Below, piece by piece: positions 17,987 to 27,734 of a DNA stretch of 64,000 nt; the first letter of the stretch is position 1; every line of letters starts with the position of its first letter. The position numbers were made by a program, and so were the translations under genes. The notes beneath the pieces were generated by a model. That model had not been told where the DNA came from, ran no database searches, and saw only the letters and a program-made list of their open reading frames with translations. Location of the stretch: the NCBI GenBank assembly GCA_964384275.1, contig CAYLKZ010000006.1:2598-66597 (forward strand). Direction: 5' to 3'. Origin of the DNA: an uncultured Sphingobium sp. (GTDB taxonomy: Bacteria > Pseudomonadota > Alphaproteobacteria > Sphingomonadales > Sphingomonadaceae).

Positions 17987-20900
17987 CACCGGCCGCTCGC
18001 CCGCAGTCTACACCATCCCCGCCCACAGGGCTTTTTCCGACGCCCTCGCCAAAGGGGTGATCGCGAGCCATGGCAAGGATGCGCTGGCGCTGGCGCGGGG
18101 CATCATCCTGCTGCCTAACAACCGCGCCGTGCGGGCGGTGCGCGACAGCTTCGTGCGCCAGTCGGGCGGTGGCCTGCTGATGCCGCGCCTCGTGCCGATC
18201 GGCGATGAGGAACTGGGCGAACGGCTCGGCAATGCGCTCGATCCGCTGGGCGAAGGGCTGGACGTGCCGCCCGCCATCCCGGCGATGGAGCGGCAGATGA
18301 TCCTCGCCCGCCTCGTCCAGAAGGTGCGCGCCGAGGGCGGCCAGCCTGTCGATGCGGGCGAGGCGATGCGGCTGGGGCAGGCGCTGGGGCAGAGCATCGA
18401 CCAGCTTCATGTCGAGCAGGTCGATCCGCGCCGCCTGCACGATCTTGGCATCGGCGAGGAATTGTCGAGCCATTGGCGCGCCTCGCTGCGCCTGCTCTCG
18501 ATATTGCTCGACCGCTGGCCGGAGGAGTTGAAGCGTCTCGGCATGATCGACCTTGCCGACCGGCGCAACCGGCTGCTCGATCATGTCGCGAAGCGCTGGC
18601 GGGAGGCGCCGCCACAGGGCTTCGTGATTGCTGCGGGCATATCGACCACGGCGCCCGCTATCTGTCATGTGCTGCGCACCGTGGCGCGCATGCCGGGCGG
18701 GCAGGTGGTGCTTGCCGAGCTTGATCTCGATATGAGCGTGGAGGAATGGGGCGCGATCGGCCCGTTCGATCCCGATCCCGTCACGGGCCGTGCCCCCCGC
18801 GCGCAGGAAAGCCATCCCCAATATGCGCTGAAATCCATGCTCGACCGGATCGGCGTCGCGCGTGAGGAAGTGGCGCTGTGGCGCTGGGGCGGCGGGCATG
18901 ATGCGCGGGCGGTGCGGGCGCGGAATATCTCCAACGCTATGCTGGTGCCCTCCCATACCGCCAAATGGCGTACGCTGAAGGCCGCCGAGCGGACGCTGAG
19001 CGGCGTGCGGACGATGGAGCTGGCGACCCCGGCGCTGGAGGCGCAGGCGATCGCGCTGCTGCTGCGTCAGGCGGTCGAGACGCCGGGACGCACAGCGGCG
19101 CTGGTGACGCCGGACCGGGCGCTGGCGACCCGCGTGTCGGCCCATCTGAAGCGCTGGAACATCGCGGCCGACGACAGCGCCGGGCAACCGCTGGCGCTGA
19201 CCCCGCCGGGCACGCTGCTGCTCGCCATCGCGCAAGTCGTGGCGGAGCATTTCGCGCCGGTCGCGTTGTTGAGCCTGTTGAAGCATCCGCTGGTGCGCAA
19301 AGGCGAGGGGCGGCTCGGCTGGCTAGATGAGGTGCGCGCGCTCGACCTCCTGCTGCGCGGCCCGCGCCCGGCGCCGGGACTTGCCGGGCTTGACGCGCGC
19401 CTTGCCCCGCATCCCGAGGATGAGCAGGATCGGCAGAACCGATTGCGCGCCTCGGTCGCCGAGTGGTGGAAGGGGCAGCGGGCGCTGTTCGAGCCGCTCG
19501 ACCGCGTGGCCGATGGCATCCATGATTTGCCCGCGATGCTCGCCATGGTCCGCGAACTGGCGGGGCTGTTGAGCGAGGACCATATCTGGGCGGGCTATCA
19601 GGGCCGGGCGCTGTCCGATCTCTTCGGCGAGATGGAGCGCGCCGCGCCTTCCGGCCCGCAGATGGTCGAGGCCGCCGCGCTTCCCGATCTGTTGCGCCGC
19701 CTGCTGGAAGCGCAGGCCGTGCGGCCGCCGCAGGGCGGGCATCCGCGCATCGCCATCTACGGCTTGCTGGAAGCGCGGCTGCAACAGGCGGATCTGATGA
19801 TCCTCGCGGGCCTCAATGAAGGCACATGGCCGGGCCTTCCGTCGCCCGACCCATGGCTGGCGCCGCGCATCCGGCAGGAACTGGGGCTGCCGGGGCTGGA
19901 GCAGCGCATCGGCCTGTCCGCCCATGATTTCGCGAGTGCGCTGGGCGCGCCGGAGGTGGTGATTTCCCGCGCGCGCCGCAGCGGCAATTCCCCTGCCGTC
20001 GCTTCGCGTTTCTGGCTGCGCCTACAGGCGATGGCGGGCGATAACCTCGCCCGCGTCGAGGATGTCGGCCATTGGGCGGAGCGGATCGACCGGCCCGGCC
20101 ATCATCGCCCCGCGCCGCGCCCAAGGCCCTCGCCGCCGGTCGATCTGCGGCCGAAGGTCGTGGCAGTGACGCAGGTGGATCGGCTCGCCGCCGACCCTTA
20201 TGCCTTCTATGCCCAGCGCATCTTGCGGCTTCCTGTGCTCGAACGCATCGATGCCGATCCCGGCCCGGCGTGGCGCGGCACCTATGTGCATCGCGAGCTG
20301 GAACTCTGGTTCCGGGAGGACAAATGCGCGCCCGGACGGCTGGAGGAACGCACGCGCGGCCTGTTTCGCGAGGATGCCCACCCGATATTGCGCGCGCTCT
20401 GGTTGCCGCGCCTTGTCGAATCGACCCGCTGGATCGAGGCGGAGGTGGCAAAGGACGCCGCCGAGAACCGCGCACTGGCGCTGGTCGAGTGCCGGGGCGA
20501 GATAGAGCTTGGCGGCGTGCGCCTTCACGGCACGGCGGACCGGATCGACCGGCTGGGAGATGGCTCCGTCGCCATCGTCGATTACAAGACGGGCAAGCCG
20601 CCGAGCGCCGCGCAGGTGAAGTACGGTTTCGCGCTGCAACTCGGTCTGCTGGGCTTGATCGCCGAGCGGGGCGGCTTTACGGAGCTGGGCGGTGCGGCGA
20701 CGCCCTCGGCCTTCGAATATTGGTCGACTGCCAAGGGCAAGGACGGCGCTTTCGGCTATCGTTTTCTGCCGGTGAAGCCGGGTGGCGACAAGAAGCGGAT
20801 CGCGACCGAGGAGTTGATCGCCCATTCCGCCGCGCAATTCCTGATCGCGGCGGGCAAATGGCTGACCGGCACTGAGGCTTTTACCGCGCAACTCAATCCG

Positions 20901-21023
20901 GACCTGCCGAGCTATGGCGATTACGACCAGTTGATGCGGCTGGAGGAATGGTATGGCCGGGGCGACGCGCTCGCCACCGCCGACGTTGCCGGGAAGGGAG
21001 GCGCCCATGTCCAGGATCGCTGA
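17979..21023 (+). CDS. addB: Double-strand break repair protein AddB
   Basis: LLPNNRA, ALVTPDRALA, DDSAG.PL, IYGLLEARLQ..D, GLNEGTWP, DPYAFYA, C-terminal nuclease ADRID...DYKTG. Confidence 0.93.
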   Translation: MADTGRSPAVYTIPAHRAFSDALAKGVIASHGKDALALARGIILLPNNRAVRAVRDSFVRQSGGGLLMPRLVPIGDEELGERLGNALDPLGEGLDVPPAIPAMERQMILARLVQKVRAEGGQPVDAGEAMRLGQALGQSIDQLHVEQVDPRRLHDLGIGEELSSHWRASLRLLSILLDRWPEELKRLGMIDLADRRNRLLDHVAKRWREAPPQGFVIAAGISTTAPAICHVLRTVARMPGGQVVLAELDLDMSVEEWGAIGPFDPDPVTGRAPRAQESHPQYALKSMLDRIGVAREEVALWRWGGGHDARAVRARNISNAMLVPSHTAKWRTLKAAERTLSGVRTMELATPALEAQAIALLLRQAVETPGRTAALVTPDRALATRVSAHLKRWNIAADDSAGQPLALTPPGTLLLAIAQVVAEHFAPVALLSLLKHPLVRKGEGRLGWLDEVRALDLLLRGPRPAPGLAGLDARLAPHPEDEQDRQNRLRASVAEWWKGQRALFEPLDRVADGIHDLPAMLAMVRELAGLLSEDHIWAGYQGRALSDLFGEMERAAPSGPQMVEAAALPDLLRRLLEAQAVRPPQGGHPRIAIYGLLEARLQQADLMILAGLNEGTWPGLPSPDPWLAPRIRQELGLPGLEQRIGLSAHDFASALGAPEVVISRARRSGNSPAVASRFWLRLQAMAGDNLARVEDVGHWAERIDRPGHHRPAPRPRPSPPVDLRPKVVAVTQVDRLAADPYAFYAQRILRLPVLERIDADPGPAWRGTYVHRELELWFREDKCAPGRLEERTRGLFREDAHPILRALWLPRLVESTRWIEAEVAKDAAENRALALVECRGEIELGGVRLHGTADRIDRLGDGSVAIVDYKTGKPPSAAQVKYGFALQLGLLGLIAERGGFTELGGAATPSAFEYWSTAKGKDGAFGYRFLPVKPGGDKKRIATEELIAHSAAQFLIAAGKWLTGTEAFTAQLNPDLPSYGDYDQLMRLEEWYGRGDALATADVAGKGGAHVQDR

Positions 21024-24000
21024 TCCGCTGCTGCGGCTGCGCGGGGCGCAGGCGGATGCTTCGTCTCCGCAGGCGCATGTCTGGCTTTCCGCCTCGGCGG
21101 GCACGGGCAAGACCCATGTGCTCACCGCCCGCGTTTTCCGCCTGTTGTTGGGCGGGGTGCAGCCGGAAAATATCCTCTGCCTGACTTTCACCAAGGCGGG
21201 CGCCTCGGAAATGGCGGAGCGCGTGCACAGCCGCCTCGCCGCCTGGGTGCAGATGGACGACATCGCGTTGGCGAAAGACCTGCAAGCGCTGGGCGAGGAT
21301 CTCGGCCCCGAAGGGCGGGAGGATGCCCGCCGTCTCTTCGCCCGCGTGCTGGAGGCGACCGGCGGCGGCCTGCGCATCCAGACCATCCACAGCTTCTGCC
21401 AGCAACTGCTCTCCGCCTTTCCGCTGGAGGCCGGGCTGGTGCCGGGTTTCCGCGCGATGGAGGAGCGGGAGCAGGCCGATCTGCGGCGCGAGAGCCTTGA
21501 GGAACTGGTGGTCCGCGCCGAAGAGACGGGGGATACGCCGCTGCTCGATGCGCTGCATGCGATGGCGCTGCGTATGGGGGAGCAGGAGGCGCAGGCCTAT
21601 CTCTTCCGCTGCGCGCAGGCCCATGACGTGCTGCGGGAACTGGACGCGGATATCCGGGGCTGGCTGTTCGAGATACTGGAATTGCCGACGGGGGATATTG
21701 ACGCAGAATTAGCCGCGCTCTGCTCCGACGAGGCGTTCGACATGGTGGGGCTGCACCGGATTGCGCGGGCCAATGCCGAATGGGGAACCAAGACCGGACT
21801 CGACCATGCGGACAGGATCGCCGCCTGGATCGCCGCCTCGCCTTCCGGGCGGGTGGAGCGGCTCGATGCGCTTGCCTCCTGCTTCCTCACCGGCAAGGGC
21901 GAGCCGCGCAAGACCAGCGCCGGGCAGATCAAGGCCGACCCTGATTATGACGGACTGGCGATCCGGCTAGGCGAACGGCTGGCGGAGTTGCGCGCTCTGC
22001 GGGTACGGGCCGCTTATGCCGATCTGGTCGCCAGGGGGCTGCAAGCCGGGCGCGCTTATGCCGCCGCCTATGAAGCGGCCAAGCGGCGCATAGGGGCGGT
22101 CGATTATGACGACCTCATCGCCCATTCCGCAGCGCTGTTGGTTCGGCCCGGCATCGCCGACTGGATACGCTACAAGCTCGATCAGCGCATCGACCATATC
22201 CTCGTCGATGAGGCGCAGGATACCAACAGCCGCCAATGGGCGATCATCGGCGCGCTGGTGGAGGAGTTTTTCGCGGGCGAAGGCGCGCGCGGCGCGAAGC
22301 TGCGAACGCTGTTCACGGTGGGCGATTTCAAGCAGGCGATCTTCGGCTTTCAGGGCACCTCGCCCCGGGCCTTTGCGCAGGCGCGGGATTATTTCCGCGA
22401 CCTTGCCCGCGCCGTCGAGCATGATTTCCACGACCTCTCGCTCGATGAGAGCTTCCGGTCCACCCCGCCAGTGCTGGAGGTGGTGGATGCAACTGTCGCC
22501 GCGCTCGGTGTCGGAGAGCTGGGCCTGTCGCCGCAGACGGTGCTGCATCGCGCTGCGAACAGGCGACCGGGCGAGGTGGTGCTGTGGAAACCGATCAGCG
22601 CCGTCCGCCCAGAGGAGGACGGGAAGGGCGAGGAAAGCCAGAGCGAGGATCTGGAGCCGGAAGGCGAGGAGGACTGGCTCGCCGATCAGGACCGGCTGCT
22701 GGCCGAACGGATCGCCGGGCAGATCAAGGGCTGGCTGGCGCAGGGCATGATGCTGGAGTCGAAGGGGCGGCCACTGCGCCCCGGCGACGTGATGATCCTC
22801 GTGCGCAAGCGCGGCGATCTGGCCCGCCTCATCGTCGCGCGCCTCTATGAAGCCGGGGTGCCGGTCGCGGGCGTCGATCGGCTGCGGTTGCAGGCGCCGC
22901 TCGGTGTGCAGGATCTGATGGCGGCGCTGCGTTTCGCCAGCCAGCCGGAGGATGACCTCAACCTTGCCGGTCTGCTCGTTTCGCCGCTGATCGGCTGGAC
23001 ACAGGAGGAACTGCTCGCCCGTGCGGTGCCGCGCAAGGGCGGCCTATGGCGCCACCTGCGGGAAAGCGCGCAGACGCCGGTGGAGGTGCTGGCGGCGTTG
23101 CAGGATATATTGGCGAAGGCCGATTTCATCACGCCGTTCCAGATGCTGGAGCATATCCTCTCCGGCCCGATGCGGGGACGCTATCGCATGCTGGAACGGC
23201 TCGGCATCGCGGCGGCGGACAGCATGGACGAGCTGCTCAACGCCGCGCTTTCCTACGAGCAGCGCGAGCAGCCTTCCTTGCAGGGGTTCCTCGACTGGTT
23301 CGACCGGGAGGAAGGCGACATCAAGCGCGAGGATGACGGCAGCGCGGATGCGGTGCGGTTGCTCACCGTTCATGGCGCCAAGGGCTTGCAGGCGCCGGTG
23401 GTGATCCTCGCCGACGCCTGCGCCAGTCCGGAACAGCCGGGCGGGCGCGGCGTGCTGGAGGTCGGCCTTGCCGATGACGCCAAATTGCCGCTCATCCCAC
23501 CGCGCAAGACCGAGCGCTGGGGCGTGATCGACGCGGCGGCGACCGCGCAGGATGGGCTGGAGCGGCAGGAACATTGGCGGCTGCTCTATGTCGCGATGAC
23601 GCGTGCCGAGGAAAAGCTGTTCGTCACCGGCACGCTGGGCGTGCGGACGAAGGGCGTGGTGCCCGAGCAGAGCTGGTTCGCGGCGATGGAGCGCGCCATG
23701 ACCGGCATGGGCGCGCAATGGCAAGCGGAAGAGCGTTGGTCGGCGGTGATGGGCTGGCGGGGCAGTGAAGACCATCCGCCCAGGGATCTGGAGCCTGTGG
23801 TTGCAACGGAGGTGGTGACGGGACCGCCGCTTGCCGAATGGATCGCCCGTCCGGCGCCGGAGGAGGCGCGGCCACCCCGGCCGCTGGCGCCGACCCTGCA
23901 ACTGGAGGATGATCTGCCCTATCCGCCGCCGTCCTCCGCGATGCGCGCGGCAGCGGAGCGCGGACGCATGCTTCACAGCCTGTTCGAGCGTCTGCCTGAT

Positions 24001-24456
24001 GTGGAACCTGCCCGTCGACGCGTCGCCGCCGATGGCTGGCTGCGTACGCAGGGCGGCATTGACGAGGAGGCGACGCGGCGGGAGATGATCGATCATGTGC
24101 TGGCGATCATCGGTGATCCTGCCCATGCCGATCTTTTCGGTCCCGCCGCCCTTGCCGAAGCGCCGGTTGCGGCGGTCGTCGGCGAGGATGTGGTGACTGG
24201 CGTGATCGACCGGCTGATGATCGGGGAGGGGGTTATCCGCCTTGTCGATTTCAAGACCGGACGGCGCATTCCGGCCTCCGCCGGAGAAGTGCCGGGCGCG
24301 CATCTGCGTCAGATGGCGGCCTATGTCGCCGCGCTGGAGGCTATTTTTCCGGGCCGGCCGGTGGAGGCGAGCCTGCTTTATACGGCGGGGCCGTCGCTCT
24401 GCCCGCTGCCCGATAGCCTGCTTGCGCCGCACAAGCCCGGCTTGGAGGGCGGATAA
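21007..24456 (+). CDS. addA: Double-strand break repair helicase/nuclease AddA
   Basis: ASAGTGKT, CLTFTKA, LVDEAQDT, VGDFKQAIF, TVHGAKGLQAP, LLYVAMTRA, nuclease IDRL...DFKTG. Confidence 0.95.
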   Translation: MSRIADPLLRLRGAQADASSPQAHVWLSASAGTGKTHVLTARVFRLLLGGVQPENILCLTFTKAGASEMAERVHSRLAAWVQMDDIALAKDLQALGEDLGPEGREDARRLFARVLEATGGGLRIQTIHSFCQQLLSAFPLEAGLVPGFRAMEEREQADLRRESLEELVVRAEETGDTPLLDALHAMALRMGEQEAQAYLFRCAQAHDVLRELDADIRGWLFEILELPTGDIDAELAALCSDEAFDMVGLHRIARANAEWGTKTGLDHADRIAAWIAASPSGRVERLDALASCFLTGKGEPRKTSAGQIKADPDYDGLAIRLGERLAELRALRVRAAYADLVARGLQAGRAYAAAYEAAKRRIGAVDYDDLIAHSAALLVRPGIADWIRYKLDQRIDHILVDEAQDTNSRQWAIIGALVEEFFAGEGARGAKLRTLFTVGDFKQAIFGFQGTSPRAFAQARDYFRDLARAVEHDFHDLSLDESFRSTPPVLEVVDATVAALGVGELGLSPQTVLHRAANRRPGEVVLWKPISAVRPEEDGKGEESQSEDLEPEGEEDWLADQDRLLAERIAGQIKGWLAQGMMLESKGRPLRPGDVMILVRKRGDLARLIVARLYEAGVPVAGVDRLRLQAPLGVQDLMAALRFASQPEDDLNLAGLLVSPLIGWTQEELLARAVPRKGGLWRHLRESAQTPVEVLAALQDILAKADFITPFQMLEHILSGPMRGRYRMLERLGIAAADSMDELLNAALSYEQREQPSLQGFLDWFDREEGDIKREDDGSADAVRLLTVHGAKGLQAPVVILADACASPEQPGGRGVLEVGLADDAKLPLIPPRKTERWGVIDAAATAQDGLERQEHWRLLYVAMTRAEEKLFVTGTLGVRTKGVVPEQSWFAAMERAMTGMGAQWQAEERWSAVMGWRGSEDHPPRDLEPVVATEVVTGPPLAEWIARPAPEEARPPRPLAPTLQLEDDLPYPPPSSAMRAAAERGRMLHSLFERLPDVEPARRRVAADGWLRTQGGIDEEATRREMIDHVLAIIGDPAHADLFGPAALAEAPVAAVVGEDVVTGVIDRLMIGEGVIRLVDFKTGRRIPASAGEVPGAHLRQMAAYVAALEAIFPGRPVEASLLYTAGPSLCPLPDSLLAPHKPGLEGG

Positions 24457-24478
24457 TAATGTTTGTGCCGCTTGGCCG

Positions 24479-24506
24479 TTGAGCCAGGCGCCGGGCCGCC
24501 CTACAT
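24479..24506 (+). promoter_or_regulatory. Putative RpoH-type promoter of trxA
   Basis: TTGAG...CCCTACAT, with 18 nt between TTG and CCTACAT. Confidence 0.4.
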
Positions 24507-24534
24507 AGCGTGCCTATCGGAAGGAGATTCTTAC

Positions 24535-24855
24535 ATGGCGACCAAGGCTATCAGTGACGCAAGTTTCGACAGCGACGTTATCGGCTCGGACGTGCCGGTG
24601 CTCGTCGATTTCTGGGCGGAATGGTGCGGTCCCTGCAAGATGATCGGCCCGGCTCTCGAAGAGATTTCGGATGAGCTGGACGGCAAGGTCGTCATCGCCA
24701 AGCATAATATCGACGATCATCCGGAAATGCCGGGCAAGCTCGGCGTGCGCGGCATCCCGACGATGATCCTGTTCAAGAATGGCGAAGCGGTCGCCACCAA
24801 GGTCGGCGCGGCGCCCAAGAGCCAGCTCAAGGCGTGGATCGAACAGCAGCTTTGA
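24535..24855 (+). CDS. trxA: Thioredoxin
   Basis: [15 protein letters not shown]; AAGGAG RBS. Confidence 0.97.
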   Translation: MATKAISDASFDSDVIGSDVPVLVDFWAEWCGPCKMIGPALEEISDELDGKVVIAKHNIDDHPEMPGKLGVRGIPTMILFKNGEAVATKVGAAPKSQLKAWIEQQL

Positions 24856-24863
24856 TCGGATAG

Positions 24864-24889
24864 AGGGCGGCCCGCAGGTCGCCCTTTTT
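24864..24889 (+). terminator. Intrinsic terminator after trxA
   Basis: agggcggcc-cgca-ggtcgccc-ttttt. Confidence 0.75.
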
Positions 24890-24910
24890 CGTTCCGGGGC
24901 TTTTCTGCCG

Positions 24911-25717
24911 TCAGCGGAAGAGGATATCTGCCGCCTTGTCCCACATGGCGGGGCTGGCGGCGGCGATCATGCCGGTTTCCGCCGTGCCGACGCGATAGGG
25001 CGAGCCGTCATAGCGCGCCACCCGTCCGCCCGCTTCCTCCACGAACAGCGCGCCCGCCGCATGATCCCAGGGCAAGGTGCGGTGAAACAGCGCAAAATCA
25101 TTCACGCCGAGCGCGATGCGCGGATATTGCTCGGCGGCGCAGCGGGGAATATCGACCATGCGGAGCTTGCCTTGTGCGCGCCGGGTGATGGTGTCGCGTT
25201 CCTCACCGGGCAAAAACAGGGTCGAAATGCCCGCAATGGGCAGCGCCTCTCCGCTCTCCCGCGCGATCAGCCGCTCGCCGTTGAGGGTCGCGCCCTTGCC
25301 GCGCGCCGCATGGCAGAGACGCTGGCCCAGCGGGTCGTAAATCCACCCCGAGAGTATCTCCCCGCCATCGGCGAGCGCGATCAATATGCCGAATGGTGCG
25401 CGCCCGGCAGCGAAATTGCCGGTGCCGTCGATCGGATCGACGATCCAGCAAAGCCCGTTTCCCACCGTATCGAGCAGCGCGGGATCGGCGGCGCAGGCTT
25501 CCTCGCCGACGATATGCGCTTCGGGCAGGATTTTGCTCAGACCGTACGCCAGCGCCAGTTCGCTTTCCCGGTCGGCGATGGTGACCAGATCATCTTTCGC
25601 TTTTTCTTCAATCTCTTCGGCCGCAAGATTGCGATAACGCGGCAGGATGATGCTGCTCGCGACCGAGCGCATGAGATCGGCGACGGACGCGGAAAGGGCA
25701 GGGCTGATGCTGGTCAT
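24911..25717 (-). CDS. Inositol monophosphatase family protein
   Basis: DLVTIAD..SE, VGEE, WIVDPIDGT.NF, PWDHAAG.L.VEEAGG; start trimmed to MTSISP. Confidence 0.9.
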   Translation of the reverse strand: MTSISPALSASVADLMRSVASSIILPRYRNLAAEEIEEKAKDDLVTIADRESELALAYGLSKILPEAHIVGEEACAADPALLDTVGNGLCWIVDPIDGTGNFAAGRAPFGILIALADGGEILSGWIYDPLGQRLCHAARGKGATLNGERLIARESGEALPIAGISTLFLPGEERDTITRRAQGKLRMVDIPRCAAEQYPRIALGVNDFALFHRTLPWDHAAGALFVEEAGGRVARYDGSPYRVGTAETGMIAAASPAMWDKAADILFR

Positions 25718-26337
25718 ATCGTCCGGGATAGCGCCATCGCCAAGGCTATGGCTATCAAAATCGCGCCGCTGCCACGCGCAATCCAGATTTCGGTATGGGG
25801 CGAGAGCGCCAGCCTGCCCACGCCATAAGCAAGCAGGCCGTAGAACACCAATACCACCACCTCGATACTGACACCGATCGTCGCCAATAGGGCGAGTTGC
25901 GGCGCCACGGCATGGCGCATGTCGATGAAGGGCGGCAGGAAAACGGTGAAGAAAACCAGCGCCTTGGGGTTGGATATTTGCACGGCGGCAGCGCTCGTGA
26001 AGCCGCGCCGGAAGCCCTTGCGATCCCGCCCTTTGCTCACCGCAAGATGGACGGGATGCCGCCATGTCTGAATGCCCAGCCACAACAGATAAGCCGTGCC
26101 CACCCAGCGCAAAATGGCGAAGAGCAGCGGAAAATGCTGGACCAGCGCGACCAGACCCACGCCGACCATGACGTACCAGATCAGATTGGTCGCGTTGATG
26201 CCCGCCACCGCGCCAGCCATGCCGCGCAGTGACCCGGTCAGAGCTATGCTGGCGACCGAGAGCACCGCCGGGCCGGGCATGACGCTCGCGACGATCTCGG
26301 TAACGGCGAAGGCGAGGAGGAGGCTGGTCCCTTGCAT
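25714..26337 (-). CDS. LysE/RhtB family amino acid exporter
   Basis: PGPA, G.AYLLWLG, SNPKALVFF...PPF; about six hydrophobic helices. Confidence 0.88.
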   Translation of the reverse strand: MQGTSLLLAFAVTEIVASVMPGPAVLSVASIALTGSLRGMAGAVAGINATNLIWYVMVGVGLVALVQHFPLLFAILRWVGTAYLLWLGIQTWRHPVHLAVSKGRDRKGFRRGFTSAAAVQISNPKALVFFTVFLPPFIDMRHAVAPQLALLATIGVSIEVVVLVFYGLLAYGVGRLALSPHTEIWIARGSGAILIAIALAMALSRTI

Positions 26338-26355
26338 CAGCGCCCGGTTGCGTCC

Positions 26356-27585
26356 CTAGCTGCGATAATCGGCGTTGATGGAGATATAGCCGTGCGTCAG
26401 ATCGCAGGTCCACACCGTCGCGCGCCCGTCGCCCAGACCAAGATCGACGCCGACGCTGATGTCGGTGCCTTTCAGATGCTCGGCAATTGGCGCTTCGTCA
26501 TAACTGTCGACAGCAAGCCCCTGTTGTGCAACCCATTTGTCAGCAAAACGAATGGCAAGCCGGTCGCGGTCCGCAGGCTCGCCCGCCTTGCCCACGGCCA
26601 TGACGACGCGGCCCCAATTGGCGTCCTCGCCCGCGATGGCGGTCTTGACCAACGGCGAATTGGCGATGGAAAGGCCAATGCGGCGCGCGCTTTCGTCCGA
26701 TACCGCGCCTGTCACCTCGATCTCGATGAACTTCTGCGCGCCTTCGCCGTCGCGAACCACCAGATGGGCAAGCTGCGTGCAGACATCGATGAGCGCCGCC
26801 TGAAAGGCGTCCGCGCCCGCGTCGTCCATGCTGGAAAGGGGCGCATTGCCCGCCTTGCCAGTCGCGAACAGCAGCACCGTGTCGCTGGTCGAAGTGTCGC
26901 CGTCCACCGTGATGCAGTTATAGCTGCGCGCATTGGCGGCGTTCAGCATCTGCTGGAGCAGGGCAGGCTCGATCGCCGCGTCGGTGAAGATATAGCCCAG
27001 CATCGTCGCCATATCGGGCGCGATCATGCCTGACCCCTTGATGATGCCGCTCAATGTTACCTTGCGGTCGCCGATCATCGCGGTGGCGCTGGCGCCCTTG
27101 GCAAAGGTGTCGGTGGTGCCGATCGTCTCGGCGGCGGCTTCCCAGCCGCAAGGCTCTCCGGTCAACGCCGCATCCACCCCGGCCTGCGCCTTGTCGAGCG
27201 GCAGCGGCACGCCGATCACGCCGGTCGAGCTGACGAAAACCTCGTCCGGCGCGCAGCCCAGATGCGCGCTGACCTGCCCGCGAATCTGCTCCACCGCCTC
27301 GCGTCCGCGATAGCCGGTGAAGGCATTGCTGTTCCCGGCATTGACGATGAGCGCCCGCGCCCGCCCGCCGGTGATGCTCTCGCGCCCCATCTCGACTTCG
27401 GTCGAGCAGCACACATTGCGAGTGAACACGCCCGCGACGGTGGTTCCTTCCGCCAGCTCGGCATAGGTGAGGTCGCAGCGATCCCATTTCTTATACTGAG
27501 CGCGAGCGACGCGCAGTGTTACGCCATTGACGGCGGGAAGATCGGGAAAGGCGGCAGGGGCGAGGGGAGAGCGTTCCATAGCCAT
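26356..27585 (-). CDS. argJ: Bifunctional ornithine acetyltransferase / N-acetylglutamate synthase
   Basis: NAGNSNAFTG, STGVIG, TTDT..K, KGSGMIAPDMATML autocleavage site, DGDTSTSD, DGEGA, SPLVKTA, YISINADYRS. Confidence 0.96.
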   Translation of the reverse strand: MAMERSPLAPAAFPDLPAVNGVTLRVARAQYKKWDRCDLTYAELAEGTTVAGVFTRNVCCSTEVEMGRESITGGRARALIVNAGNSNAFTGYRGREAVEQIRGQVSAHLGCAPDEVFVSSTGVIGVPLPLDKAQAGVDAALTGEPCGWEAAAETIGTTDTFAKGASATAMIGDRKVTLSGIIKGSGMIAPDMATMLGYIFTDAAIEPALLQQMLNAANARSYNCITVDGDTSTSDTVLLFATGKAGNAPLSSMDDAGADAFQAALIDVCTQLAHLVVRDGEGAQKFIEIEVTGAVSDESARRIGLSIANSPLVKTAIAGEDANWGRVVMAVGKAGEPADRDRLAIRFADKWVAQQGLAVDSYDEAPIAEHLKGTDISVGVDLGLGDGRATVWTCDLTHGYISINADYRS

Positions 27586-27734
27586 CGCGCATACTCCTTT
27601 TGCAGCGGGCGTCAATCGACTGCCTGCATAGAAGGGATTGCATGGGCCGGGGCCATCCTGTCCGGTTGAATATCGGGAAGGGCAGGAATTTGCCCCTTGC
27701 CATGGCAGGAAGAGCCATCCTATTCCGTCGATGG

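Noticed and set aside
17979-21023. AddB lacks the four Fe-S cysteines of Bacillus AddB
   Set aside because: This is normal for alphaproteobacterial AddB and is not a defect.
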